Positions 10,595-19,190 of a stretch of 64,000 nt of DNA are shown here, piece after piece. Each line of letters opens with the position of its first letter. Within the stretch, counting starts at the first letter, position 1. The position numbers and the translations under genes are program-made. Source of the DNA: Escherichia virus TH58; sequence record MT446423.1. The stretch is one strand, 5' to 3'. The notes below the pieces were generated by a model. It worked only from the letters and a program-made list of their open reading frames with translations. It was not told the origin of the DNA and ran no database searches.

Positions 10595-10603
10595 GGAAAC
10601 CAT

Positions 10604-10801
10604 ATGTCTCGTGAATTAGATTGTGCTGTACGTACGGCAGTAGCTGCTCTGGAAAACCTGTTCCAAATTGCAACAGAAGAACGCGAAGAAGTTACATTAT
10701 GGATTGAAGATAACGCAGGTCTGAATCTCCAGAACGCAATCTCGGTATCAAATAATAGTATTACTGTTCAAGGCTGGGTATCATCTAGTTATTCTTGCTA
10801 A
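10604..10801 (+). CDS. Small acidic protein, paralog 3 of 3 (C-terminal QGWVSSSYSC)
   Basis: AAGGAAA RBS; same C-terminal signature. Confidence 0.55.
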   Translation: MSRELDCAVRTAVAALENLFQIATEEREEVTLWIEDNAGLNLQNAISVSNNSITVQGWVSSSYSC

Positions 10802-10805
10802 AACA

Positions 10806-10835
10806 GTTTACAACAAGATAGGGCTATGTTATAGT
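10806..10835 (+). promoter_or_regulatory. Early promoter GTTTAC / TATAGT with inverted repeat GGACTAT...TAGTCC
   Basis: GTTTAC 10806-10811, 18-nt spacer, TATAGT. Confidence 0.5.
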
Positions 10836-10863
10836 AGTCCTATCAAATTAAATGGAGTCCACA

Positions 10864-11103
10864 ATGATTTATTACGAAAGTGTTGGAACCAAAGTGGTTG
10901 GTAAAACCATTACTCGTGAAAAGTTTGCTAAGATATTCGATATGCGTTATAAAAAATCTGAACACAAAGGCATTCGATTCGAAGATGCGCACTGTACAAT
11001 TTGCCCTTATAATGAAGACATAAATGGTACAATCGTTCCATTGGTAGAGGCTTCACACGATGACCTCTGGGATGAATATGATATCGCATGTCGTGAAATT
11101 TAA
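10864..11103 (+). CDS. Hypothetical protein
   Basis: ATG 10864 after GGAG; 79 aa. Confidence 0.45.
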   Translation: MIYYESVGTKVVGKTITREKFAKIFDMRYKKSEHKGIRFEDAHCTICPYNEDINGTIVPLVEASHDDLWDEYDIACREI

Positions 11104-11131
11104 GTTAATGAATTAATCCGAGGAAAATATT

Positions 11132-12088
11132 ATGATGTTAGTTATTGGTTCTCGTGCACTTCACTATCACGGTCTTATTGATTCTAATGCTATCAAAAAT
11201 AGTGACTGGGACTTTATTGCAGACCAAGGTTCTTGGAATGCATTTAAAAATCAAATGATGGGTGTATATGTTCATCAAGATAACCCTGATGTCCAAGTTT
11301 TCAAATGCTTCCATAACGGACGCGAAACTCATTTTGAAGCATATATTGTTCCGGCAATCACTAATGTCCGTGAATTAGTAGGTGAACTCACTCCTGAAGA
11401 TTTCACGTCTTCTTATGACCTTTTAAAATACGCCAAGAAAAATTTGTCTAAAGATCATTTGAACGGGTTTTACTGGGCAACTCCTGAGATGTGTCTTGCA
11501 ATTAAGATGTCTCATCGTTTCAAGAAAAATAATCCATTCTTTTTAAAGACTATGAACCATATTCAGTATCTTCGTGGTAAAGGTGTTACACTGAACGATG
11601 AACTTACTGAAATTATGCTGAAACGCCAGAAAGAAACCTTGAACTATGCTCACCCAGTTCTTGACACTTCTAAAAGTGCGTTCTTTAAAGATGACATCTA
11701 TACTTATGACCATGATACTATTCATGAAGCCATTGCACTAACAGACCGTCCAGCGTATACATTTTATATGAAAGACGGTTCTGAAGTCATGACCTCACGT
11801 GAGAAGTTCGAATCATTACCAGAAATGGTCAAATTGGCCGGTGTATATGAAGAATCATGTGTACTAGCATTAGAACGTTCTCAGATTCCTAATGACTTTA
11901 AAATTAACCCTGAAGCCAGTTTTATGATGGCATTGGAAAAAGTCTGTACAAGCATCACCTCCGGTTGGTTCCGTGAGTACGCATACGAGAACTATTATGA
12001 AGTAGTGGCTATGTATCATAAGCTCGGCAAAAATGATTACGTCAAACGTTTCAAACAAAATTTCCATATGGTAAAACCTTTCAAATAG
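11132..12088 (+). CDS. Putative nucleotidyltransferase-fold protein
   Basis: N-terminal VIGSRALHYHGL...SDWDF resembles the GS-x(n)-DhDh signature of pol-beta-superfamily nucleotidyltransferases; GAGGA RBS; 318 aa. Confidence 0.45.
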   Translation: MMLVIGSRALHYHGLIDSNAIKNSDWDFIADQGSWNAFKNQMMGVYVHQDNPDVQVFKCFHNGRETHFEAYIVPAITNVRELVGELTPEDFTSSYDLLKYAKKNLSKDHLNGFYWATPEMCLAIKMSHRFKKNNPFFLKTMNHIQYLRGKGVTLNDELTEIMLKRQKETLNYAHPVLDTSKSAFFKDDIYTYDHDTIHEAIALTDRPAYTFYMKDGSEVMTSREKFESLPEMVKLAGVYEESCVLALERSQIPNDFKINPEASFMMALEKVCTSITSGWFREYAYENYYEVVAMYHKLGKNDYVKRFKQNFHMVKPFK

Positions 12089-12100
12089 TTTCGCAAAGCT

Positions 12101-12130
12101 GTTTACAACATGATAGGACTATGTTATAGT
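12101..12130 (+). promoter_or_regulatory. Early promoter GTTTAC / TATAGT with inverted repeat
   Basis: GTTTACAACATGATAGGACTATGTTATAGTAGTCCTAT. Confidence 0.5.
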
Positions 12131-12158
12131 AGTCCTATTAAAACATGAGGAGAATATT

Positions 12159-12464
12159 ATGAAATTAGGCGAAACCAACCGAATTGGTCTTTTAACAATA
12201 TTTGCATCACCTTTTTACGCAGCTCTTTCTGTTGCAGTATTACAAAAGGCTTACGATATGGATGGTGTTCCTGGTTTTGTATTCTTATCGCCGTTTTTGC
12301 TATTCGTTGGAGCATTGTTATTATATGCCACGACTAGTTTCGACCATAATGTCTGGGTCAATTATAAATGTAAATTGTCTGAAGAAGAACACGCGGAAGC
12401 TCGTAAAAAAGCTATTGAATCTACCAATCTAGAAAATTTCATTAAAGAATGTCGAGGAAAATAA
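12159..12464 (+). CDS. Small membrane protein ending ENFIKECRGK
   Basis: Two TM helices; conserved C-terminal tail. Confidence 0.55.
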   Translation: MKLGETNRIGLLTIFASPFYAALSVAVLQKAYDMDGVPGFVFLSPFLLFVGALLLYATTSFDHNVWVNYKCKLSEEEHAEARKKAIESTNLENFIKECRGK

Positions 12465-12465
12465 T

Positions 12466-13152
12466 ATGAATAGTTCTAAAGTGTTTAATAGTCAAGCTCG
12501 TGCAGTAGGTGGTTTTGCTCATGCGATTAAAAACGACCAGATTAAAAACGAGCCTATGTTCTTTAACTGTGATTTGAATTTTGCTTTTGATAATGGCGGC
12601 CCAATTACTCGTAGCTTTATCCAAAATCTTCCCGACGATTGGAAAGACTCGGATGTAGTATTTGATTCACGAGTTCACATGCTGATGCCTGGTTGGTATC
12701 CTGCTATTCCTGGATATCACCATGATGATGTTCCTCGCCCTGATATTCCAGTTGGTCAACACTTTATTACTGCAGGACAACCTGATTATGACAACCCTCG
12801 TTACCATTCTGAACATATTCTTGGTCTTGTTAACGCTGATGTGTGTCCTACTCATTTTGCAACAGGAACTGCAGAGTTCAGTCAGATTCCTGATGGCGAA
12901 CTTATCTATCGCCAGTGGCACAAAGAAGTCCTCGAAAAAATCGAAAAAGGCGAACTAGAGAAATGGGAAGCTCCAGATCATACTCTTCTTCAGTTTGATT
13001 GGCAAACATGGCACACTGGTTCTCGTGCAATTAGTAATGGATGGCGTTGGTTCGGCCGTGTATCTCGTAATACAGACCGAGTTAAAAAGATTACCAATGA
13101 AATTCGTGTCAACGCTCAAGTTTATCTGGAATTCCCTATGGAAGGCTGGTAA
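12466..13152 (+). CDS. Hypothetical protein
   Basis: 228 aa, start 2 nt after upstream stop. Confidence 0.55.
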   Translation: MNSSKVFNSQARAVGGFAHAIKNDQIKNEPMFFNCDLNFAFDNGGPITRSFIQNLPDDWKDSDVVFDSRVHMLMPGWYPAIPGYHHDDVPRPDIPVGQHFITAGQPDYDNPRYHSEHILGLVNADVCPTHFATGTAEFSQIPDGELIYRQWHKEVLEKIEKGELEKWEAPDHTLLQFDWQTWHTGSRAISNGWRWFGRVSRNTDRVKKITNEIRVNAQVYLEFPMEGW

Positions 13153-13631
13153 TGATTAACAATAATATAGACGATGGCAATGAAGGTATTTCATACTATT
13201 CAGTAGATTGGACAGGATGTCCATCCTACTTAGTGAAACATATTTGCCAAGAATTTAAAATCGACCAGCCAGCAGGTATTATCGTGAACAGATACATTAA
13301 TGGATATCAACCTATCGATGAAGTAATACGAACAACTCAAGCTGAGCTTGAAAGGTTTTTCAATAAGTGCCAATGGATAACAGGATGGATTATATTTGTA
13401 CCATCTATATGGTTTTTCAGTACTAAGGTGAGTTCTTTCGGTTTTGTTGATATTATTGCTATCTTATTAGCATCTAGTATCATAAGTGTTGTTGGTGGCA
13501 TCATCGGCGGCGGTACCGCCGCCATCATTATTAATCTTATTAAAAGTAGTTTACAAGAACATAAAGACAAGATAAAGGCCAAGAATAATGAAGTTGAACG
13601 TTTTATTACCGAATGCAGGAATTTGAGATGA
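13152..13631 (+). CDS. Membrane protein ending ERFITECRNLR
   Basis: Hydrophobic and Gly-rich TM region; conserved C-terminal tail. Confidence 0.55.
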   Translation: MINNNIDDGNEGISYYSVDWTGCPSYLVKHICQEFKIDQPAGIIVNRYINGYQPIDEVIRTTQAELERFFNKCQWITGWIIFVPSIWFFSTKVSSFGFVDIIAILLASSIISVVGGIIGGGTAAIIINLIKSSLQEHKDKIKAKNNEVERFITECRNLR

Positions 13632-13864
13632 GTATAGCAATTTACATTAAATCAGAATCATGTGATTCTTATCTGTATTCCTATGATACCGGAACGTCAG
13701 AAGAGAAAATCAAAGAAGATTTAGAAAGCGACTTGGATATGTTCCGACCTATTTCTGATTATATGGTCCAAATATCTGATAGTGAAAGTCCGTCAACAGA
13801 AACATGTGTTGAAATTATTATACGAGATATCTTTAAACGATCATGGGACCGAGATGATGAGTAA
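13628..13864 (+). CDS. Small acidic hypothetical protein
   Basis: ATG overlapping upstream stop; 78 aa. Confidence 0.4.
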   Translation: MSIAIYIKSESCDSYLYSYDTGTSEEKIKEDLESDLDMFRPISDYMVQISDSESPSTETCVEIIIRDIFKRSWDRDDE

Positions 13865-14312
13865 GAAAAATAAAGTGAAAGAACTATCAGCCGGTATTAT
13901 TTTCCTTACCGAAGATAAAGAATTATTCATGGGGCGTGTAACTGGTTCTCGTCCTAAAGGTTCTTTAGCTCATCGGTGGGATATTCCTAAAGGTCATGTC
14001 GAGCCCGGCGAATCTCCTATTGAAGCCGCTATTCGTGAATGCGAAGAAGAAACTGGGTTTACACAATATGACCCTGCCTTCCTGAAAGACCTAGGTGAAC
14101 ATCGTTACTCAGACAATAAGAATATTCATCTGTTCCTATATACCATCCCTGTAGAGCACGAGCAATTCAGAAACAGTGTTTGTAATTCCTATCATACGTT
14201 CCCAGATGGTCGACAGATTCCTGAATTTGATGCATTCGCTTTAATTAAACCTTCTCAATGGGAATATGTAATGGGCAAATCATTATATAAGGTGCTCACT
14301 ACCATCCTATAA
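13857..14312 (+). CDS. nudE: Nudix hydrolase NudE
   Basis: Nudix box GHVEPGESPIEAAIRECEEETGF; 151 aa; adjacent to e as in T4. Confidence 0.8.
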   Translation: MSKKNKVKELSAGIIFLTEDKELFMGRVTGSRPKGSLAHRWDIPKGHVEPGESPIEAAIRECEEETGFTQYDPAFLKDLGEHRYSDNKNIHLFLYTIPVEHEQFRNSVCNSYHTFPDGRQIPEFDAFALIKPSQWEYVMGKSLYKVLTTIL

Positions 14313-14346
14313 GTAATAAATACCTCCTATAAACGTGGGAGGTATT

Positions 14347-14835
14347 ATGAATATATTTGAAATGCTTCGTAATGACGAAGGTCTTAGACTGTCTTTATAC
14401 AAAGACACTGAAGGCTTTTGGACGATTGGCATAGGTCATTTAGTAACAAAGAACCCGTCTTTAGCCGTAGCTAAAGCTGAACTTGACAGAATGATCGGAC
14501 GTAAATGCAATGGTACAATTACCCTTGATGAGGCTGAAAAGCTATTTAATGAAGACGTTGATAAAGCCGTTCGCGGAATCTTGGGTAATGCTAAACTTAA
14601 ACCGGTATATGATTCTTTAGATGCAGTTCGTCGATGTGCATTGGTCAATATGGTCTTCCAAATGGGTGTAGCAGGCGTCGCTGGTTTTACTAATTCTCTT
14701 CGTATGCTTCAACAGAAACGTTGGGACGAAGCGGCAGTAAATCTAGCCCAATCTAAATGGTATCGTCAGACACCTAATCGCGCGAAACGCGTAATCTCAA
14801 CATTTAAAACAGGAACTTGGAAAGCGTATATATGA
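14347..14835 (+). CDS. e: Endolysin (T4 lysozyme)
   Basis: [32 protein letters not shown]... is the T4 lysozyme N-terminus; 162 aa; GGGAGG RBS. Confidence 0.9.
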   Translation: MNIFEMLRNDEGLRLSLYKDTEGFWTIGIGHLVTKNPSLAVAKAELDRMIGRKCNGTITLDEAEKLFNEDVDKAVRGILGNAKLKPVYDSLDAVRRCALVNMVFQMGVAGVAGFTNSLRMLQQKRWDEAAVNLAQSKWYRQTPNRAKRVISTFKTGTWKAYI

Positions 14836-15113
14836 AAACATATAGTGAATTTTTATCAGAATCTATTCTTAACGAAGCTACTGACACATTTGCAACTAAG
14901 CTAGGTGCAGCTTTGGTTGAAGCTGAAAGTCTATTAGCACGTATTTCTGAACTTGCTAGTAAGATAGATACTCGCAAATTTGAGCGCACCAGTGATATCG
15001 TTAAGCTTGAAGCCTTGTTGCGTATGTGCGATAAACCGGAAGAAATCGCTAAGAACGGCTCGCTGATGAAACAACGTCTTGAAAAATATATTTCAGGCGC
15101 TTCAGAAAAATAG
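14832..15113 (+). CDS. Internal-protein-like ORF with capsid targeting sequence
   Basis: Starts [11 protein letters not shown]; 93 aa; ATGA overlap with e stop. Confidence 0.5.
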   Translation: MKTYSEFLSESILNEATDTFATKLGAALVEAESLLARISELASKIDTRKFERTSDIVKLEALLRMCDKPEEIAKNGSLMKQRLEKYISGASEK

Positions 15114-15114
15114 T

Positions 15115-15144
15115 GTTTACTTCCTCCAAGGACTTTGATACTAT
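15115..15144 (+). promoter_or_regulatory. Early promoter upstream of denV
   Basis: GTTTAC 15115-15120, TACTAT about 18 nt downstream. Confidence 0.45.
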
Positions 15145-15171
15145 ACATTCATCAACTACTTGGAGGAAATT

Positions 15172-15585
15172 ATGACTCGTATCAATTTAACACTTGTTTC
15201 TGAACTGTCCGACCAACATCTTATGGCTGAGTATCGTGAATTACCACGCGTATTTGGTGCAGTCCGTAAACATGTTCAAAACGGTAAATGTGTAAAGGAT
15301 TTTAAAATCTCCCCGACATTTATCTTAGGCACAGGTCATGTAACATTCTTTTACGACAAACTCGAATTTTTACGTTTACGTCAAATCGAGCTAATCGCTG
15401 AATGCTTGAAACGTGGTTTCAAAATCAAGGACACGACTGTCCAAGATATTTCCGACATCCCTGCCGAATTTCGTAATAATTATGTCCCGACCGAAGCGTC
15501 CATTGCGATAAGTCAAGCTCGTTTAGATGAAAAAATTGCTCAACGTCCTACTTGGTACAAATACTATGGTAAATCAATTTACTAA
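15172..15585 (+). CDS. denV: Endonuclease V (pyrimidine dimer DNA glycosylase)
   Basis: [34 protein letters not shown]... matches T4 endonuclease V; 137 aa. Confidence 0.9.
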   Translation: MTRINLTLVSELSDQHLMAEYRELPRVFGAVRKHVQNGKCVKDFKISPTFILGTGHVTFFYDKLEFLRLRQIELIAECLKRGFKIKDTTVQDISDIPAEFRNNYVPTEASIAISQARLDEKIAQRPTWYKYYGKSIY

Positions 15586-15616
15586 GGAAAAAGGTTGCGA
15601 TGGTAAAGCTTAAACA

Positions 15617-15646
15617 GTTTACGCTTAAGTATTAATATGGTATAAT
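15617..15646 (+). promoter_or_regulatory. Early promoter (GTTTAC, TATAAT)
   Basis: GTTTAC 15617-15622, 18-nt spacer, TATAAT 15641-15646. Confidence 0.55.
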
Positions 15647-15676
15647 TACTCTATCAAAACAAACAAGGAAACAAAA

Positions 15677-15979
15677 ATGAAAACATATCAAGAATTTATT
15701 ACTGAAGCGCGAGTGAGTGCAGGTAAATTAGAAGCCGCTATAAATAAAAAGGCCTATTCATTTCACGATTTGTCCGATAAAGACCGTAAGAAACTTGTAA
15801 GCCTTTATATTGACAAAGAGCGTATTCTCGCTCTTCCTGGCGCTAATGAAGGTAAACAGGCCAAGCCTTTGAATGCTGTCGAAAAGAAAATTGATAACTT
15901 TGCTTCTAAATTCGGTATGTCTATGGATGACCTTCAGCAAGCGGCTATCGAAGCAGCTAAAGTAATTAAAGGTAAATAA
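15677..15979 (+). CDS. ipII: Internal protein II-like
   Basis: Starts MKTYQEFITEA (capsid targeting sequence); 100 aa as T4 IPII; follows denV. Confidence 0.65.
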   Translation: MKTYQEFITEARVSAGKLEAAINKKAYSFHDLSDKDRKKLVSLYIDKERILALPGANEGKQAKPLNAVEKKIDNFASKFGMSMDDLQQAAIEAAKVIKGK

Positions 15980-16061
15980 CAGTTTACTTTCTCCTAGAAT
16001 TGTGATAGTATATTCATAATTACTTGGATGGGTAAAATGACTCAATGAAAAAATTTTAATG

Positions 16062-16100
16062 AAGCCACACTGGTATAAGTATTACGGCAAAAATATTTAC
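16062..16100 (+). pseudogene. Remnant of a denV-like 3' end
   Basis: Encodes KPHWYKYYGKNIY, similar to the denV C-terminus [12 protein letters not shown]; no upstream coding body. Confidence 0.3.
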
Positions 16101-16153
16101 ATTCAAATAACATGGGAACAACCTGGACCTCATGATTCTATGAGGGATTCCCG

Positions 16154-16250
16154 CCAACCTGTAATAAGGTCGAGCCCAAGTGCGGTAATGGGTAAATACA
16201 GAAATGGACAATTCATGTGCCATGGAATGGCCCAAACCTAGAGAGAACAA
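16154..16250 (+). repeat. Copy A of a roughly 100 bp intergenic direct repeat
   Basis: Blocks CCAACCTGTAATAAGGTCGAGC..TGCGGTAATGGGT and ATGTGCCAYGGAATGGCCCAAACCT shared with 16651-16750. Confidence 0.6.
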
Positions 16251-16251
16251 A

Positions 16252-16581
16252 ATGAAAACATATCAAGAGTTTATCACTGAAGTTACATTATCTGCGGAAC
16301 AGAAAGCTGCTATCGAAGAAGCTAAAAATCCCAAAGTAACATATAAAGTAAATAGTAAAGGCGTTTTTGATGACTTGGTTCAAGACCCTGAATTGAAAAA
16401 AGCTCTTTCTAAAACTAATGCGTACTTTGCTCCTAAATTTAACACAGCCGGCGTACTTATTGGATTGGATGTATTCAACTCTAAAGGTGTTCTATCTAGT
16501 GCCTTTGGTTATGCCGCTAACAAAATTACCAAAGCCGCATGGGAATCCAATACCAAACAAGCTCAAAAGCCTAGAGTATAA
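16252..16581 (+). CDS. Internal-protein-like ORF with capsid targeting sequence (ipIII position)
   Basis: Starts MKTYQEFITEV; 109 aa. Confidence 0.55.
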   Translation: MKTYQEFITEVTLSAEQKAAIEEAKNPKVTYKVNSKGVFDDLVQDPELKKALSKTNAYFAPKFNTAGVLIGLDVFNSKGVLSSAFGYAANKITKAAWESNTKQAQKPRV

Positions 16582-16650
16582 TTCTTGCCTAATAAAGGGA
16601 AACGCAACCTCTCCTTATGAACGTCGAGTCCTCTAAGTGATGTACCTTTT

Positions 16651-16750
16651 CCAACCTGTAATAAGGTCGAGCGCAATGCGGTAATGGGTTTACATAGCGA
16701 GTCGAAGGACCTAACATGTGCCACGGAATGGCCCAAACCTTAAGAGAAAT
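16651..16750 (+). repeat. Copy B of the roughly 100 bp intergenic direct repeat
   Basis: See copy A; ends immediately upstream of the ATG at 16754. Confidence 0.6.
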
Positions 16751-16753
16751 AAT

Positions 16754-17293
16754 ATGAGAACATTTTTAACTGGACCTTATCTATCCCTGATGAATGCTTT
16801 TACACACCATTCTGATGCTAGAGTAGAAGAAATTTGTAAGAACGGTTATGTCCCGCCGTTTGAAGACGTACTCAAGCAGTACTGTACACTTCGTTTAGAC
16901 GGCGGCCGACAATCAGGTAAATCAATTGCTGTGACTAACTTTGCTGCTAATTGGCTGTATGACGGTGGAACAGTTATTGTTCTTTCTAATACTTCAGCTT
17001 ATTCTAAAATTTCTGCCTGCAACATTAAAAAAGAATTTTCTCGTTATTCTAGCGATGATATTCGATTCCGTTTATTTACTGATTCTGTCCGTAGTTTTAT
17101 TGGCAATGAAGGTTCTAAATTCCGTGGATTAACGCTTTCTCGTATTCTGTATATAATTGACGAGCCTATTAAAGCTCCTGATATGGATAAGATTTACAAT
17201 GTCCATATTAAATCAGTACAGCACTGCTGCAAAAGCAAATATTGCATCGGCGGTAATGCTCGTCCTCAATTTTTTGTGATTGGAATGCAATGA
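16754..17293 (+). CDS. Small P-loop NTPase
   Basis: Walker A LDGGRQSGKS and Walker B-like ILYIIDE; 179 aa. Confidence 0.5.
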   Translation: MRTFLTGPYLSLMNAFTHHSDARVEEICKNGYVPPFEDVLKQYCTLRLDGGRQSGKSIAVTNFAANWLYDGGTVIVLSNTSAYSKISACNIKKEFSRYSSDDIRFRLFTDSVRSFIGNEGSKFRGLTLSRILYIIDEPIKAPDMDKIYNVHIKSVQHCCKSKYCIGGNARPQFFVIGMQ

Positions 17294-17598
17294 TGACAAC
17301 TATTGAAGTTTTTGAATATTGTTATAATAGCCCAGTATGCAATAAAAGGGCCCTTGTAGAAAATTACGAGATTTACCATTTTAAACCTAAACGATATCGT
17401 TTGACTAAAGGCCCGTTCGCAGGGCAGCAGGTTCTTTGTACTGCTCCTAATGAGCGGTTGATGACTAGTATTCCGCATTTCAAAATGGAATTTATTGATG
17501 GGCCATTTAAGGGATTAATCACTCAAAGTTTAATGGCGTTTAATTCCGACCCATTTTTGATTAAAGAAAAAACTTGGATAAATTTATTTTCTAATTGA
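17290..17598 (+). CDS. Hypothetical protein
   Basis: 102 aa; ATGA overlap. Confidence 0.45.
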   Translation: MMTTIEVFEYCYNSPVCNKRALVENYEIYHFKPKRYRLTKGPFAGQQVLCTAPNERLMTSIPHFKMEFIDGPFKGLITQSLMAFNSDPFLIKEKTWINLFSN

Positions 17599-17604
17599 GG
17601 TTAT

Positions 17605-17967
17605 ATGAAAGCATATCAAATTCTTGAAGGTGCACATAAAGGCACTATTTATTTTGAAGACGGTACTCAAGCCCGGATTATCGTCTCTAAGACTTTTAAA
17701 GAAGACGCTATTGTAGACCCGGAAATTTTCTACGGTTTGAATGCCCGTGAAATTGAAATTGAACATCAACCTAAAGTTAAAATTGAAGGTGGTCAACACC
17801 TGAACGTTAACGTTCTGCGTCGTGAAACTCTGGAAGATGCAGTTAAGCATCCAGAAAAATATCCGCAGCTGACCATCCGTGTATCCGGTTATGCGGTTCG
17901 CTTTAACTCTCTGACTCCAGAACAGCAGCGCGACGTTATCGCTCGTACCTTTACTGAGAGTCTATAG
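17605..17967 (+). CDS. Autonomous glycyl radical cofactor (GrcA/YfiD-like; T4 Y06I-type)
   Basis: C-terminal glycyl-radical motif [29 protein letters not shown]; 120 aa. Confidence 0.85.
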   Translation: MKAYQILEGAHKGTIYFEDGTQARIIVSKTFKEDAIVDPEIFYGLNAREIEIEHQPKVKIEGGQHLNVNVLRRETLEDAVKHPEKYPQLTIRVSGYAVRFNSLTPEQQRDVIARTFTESL

Positions 17968-18191
17968 TGGCTAAATTGATTATAGAAGGGTCTGAAGATG
18001 TTTTAAAATGTTTTGCCGCCTGGTTTAGTTGCTCAGGCGAGCAATCATTCACTGAAGCATTTAGAATGGGTGATATTACTGGAAACTATCCGACAACTGA
18101 TATCACTGTACGTGGATATGGTATTAATGAGCCTATCCAATTGGTCGAATATGACCTTGCCACCGATGAGGAAATTCCTTATGTCGATTGA
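17967..18191 (+). CDS. Hypothetical protein
   Basis: 74 aa; overlapping start. Confidence 0.45.
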   Translation: MAKLIIEGSEDVLKCFAAWFSCSGEQSFTEAFRMGDITGNYPTTDITVRGYGINEPIQLVEYDLATDEEIPYVD

Positions 18192-18447
18192 AGATATTAA
18201 AGGTTACAAACCGCTCACCGATGACAAAATCGGCAAAGTGAACGCTATTAAAGATGCAGAAGTCCGTCTTGGATTGATGTTTGATGCTCTGATTGAAGAA
18301 GCATATATCTTGAAAGAAAATGAATCAGAGCAACAAACCAAAGAAGATATGGATGCAGTGCAGGCTCTTAAGTATGCTAAGCAACATCTAAAAGAAGCCA
18401 GTATGTGGGCATGTCGTGCAGTATTTCGACCTGAGGAAAAATACTAA
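18181..18447 (+). CDS. Hypothetical protein
   Basis: ATG 18181 after GAGGAA; in frame with track ORF 18013..18447. Confidence 0.4.
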   Translation: MSIEDIKGYKPLTDDKIGKVNAIKDAEVRLGLMFDALIEEAYILKENESEQQTKEDMDAVQALKYAKQHLKEASMWACRAVFRPEEKY

Positions 18448-18662
18448 TGGCTTCTACTATTACTGGGTTATTGGACTTTCAAGAAAAGGTCAACAAAATT
18501 TGTAGTGAATACTTAAAGTATCTTGAAGAAGACCTTGAAGATTGTAAGGAAGAAGGCGAAGAAGACTATGCTGACCAGCGTCGTCGCCAAATCGAAGAGA
18601 TGAGGCATTTCACCGATATAGTATCTAAAGAATCTTGGGCTTTAACTCCATTTTATCAATAA
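18447..18662 (+). CDS. Hypothetical acidic protein
   Basis: 71 aa; ATGA-type overlap. Confidence 0.45.
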   Translation: MASTITGLLDFQEKVNKICSEYLKYLEEDLEDCKEEGEEDYADQRRRQIEEMRHFTDIVSKESWALTPFYQ

Positions 18663-18666
18663 AGTA

Positions 18667-18695
18667 GTTTACTTCTCCTCTAGTTGTGTTACTAT
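18667..18695 (+). promoter_or_regulatory. Early promoter inside 10-bp inverted repeat CCTCTAGTTG/CAACTAGAGG
   Basis: GTTTAC 18667-18672, TACTAT 18690-18695; palindrome flanks the -10. Confidence 0.5.
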
Positions 18696-18723
18696 AGAAC
18701 TGTCAACTAGAGGAGAAATCAAA

Positions 18724-19182
18724 ATGACTATCAATTCAGACGTTTTTATCCGCCGTAATAAACTCCGTCGAATCTTTGAAACGGAGTTCCGCAAAATAAA
18801 TGCCGGTATAAAAGATGCTGCAAAGTCTCTTGGACTACCAGGCTTTCATATCAAGTATTCTCAACATCTCTTAGATCGTGCCATCCAGAGAGAAATAGAT
18901 GAGAACTACGTTTTTGAATTATTTCATAAAGTAAAAAATCATGTTAAAGAAGTTGCAGAATTTTTATCAATGCCGGCACGTCCGGATGTTGATGAAGATT
19001 TTGACGAAGGTGTCGAATATCGCCCAGGCCGTTTAGAAATAACTGATGGAAATCTTTGGTTAGGACTTACAGTTTGTCGCGAAAATCCGGCATTCAAAAT
19101 GAAGACTCTTCAATGCAGAATGGCTATTATTAACAGTAAACGATTACCAGGAAAAGCTTCTAAAGCAGTGATTAAAATCTAG
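18724..19182 (+). CDS. regB: RegB endoribonuclease
   Basis: MTINSDVFIRRNKLRR...SQHLLDRAIQREIDE...LPGKASKAVIK matches T4 RegB; 152 aa. Confidence 0.9.
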   Translation: MTINSDVFIRRNKLRRIFETEFRKINAGIKDAAKSLGLPGFHIKYSQHLLDRAIQREIDENYVFELFHKVKNHVKEVAEFLSMPARPDVDEDFDEGVEYRPGRLEITDGNLWLGLTVCRENPAFKMKTLQCRMAIINSKRLPGKASKAVIKI

Positions 19183-19190
19183 AGGTAAAC

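Noticed and set aside
16059-16241. 60-aa + strand ORF from the six-frame track
   Set aside because: It spans the denV remnant and repeat copy A and has no RBS; more likely a non-coding element than a gene.
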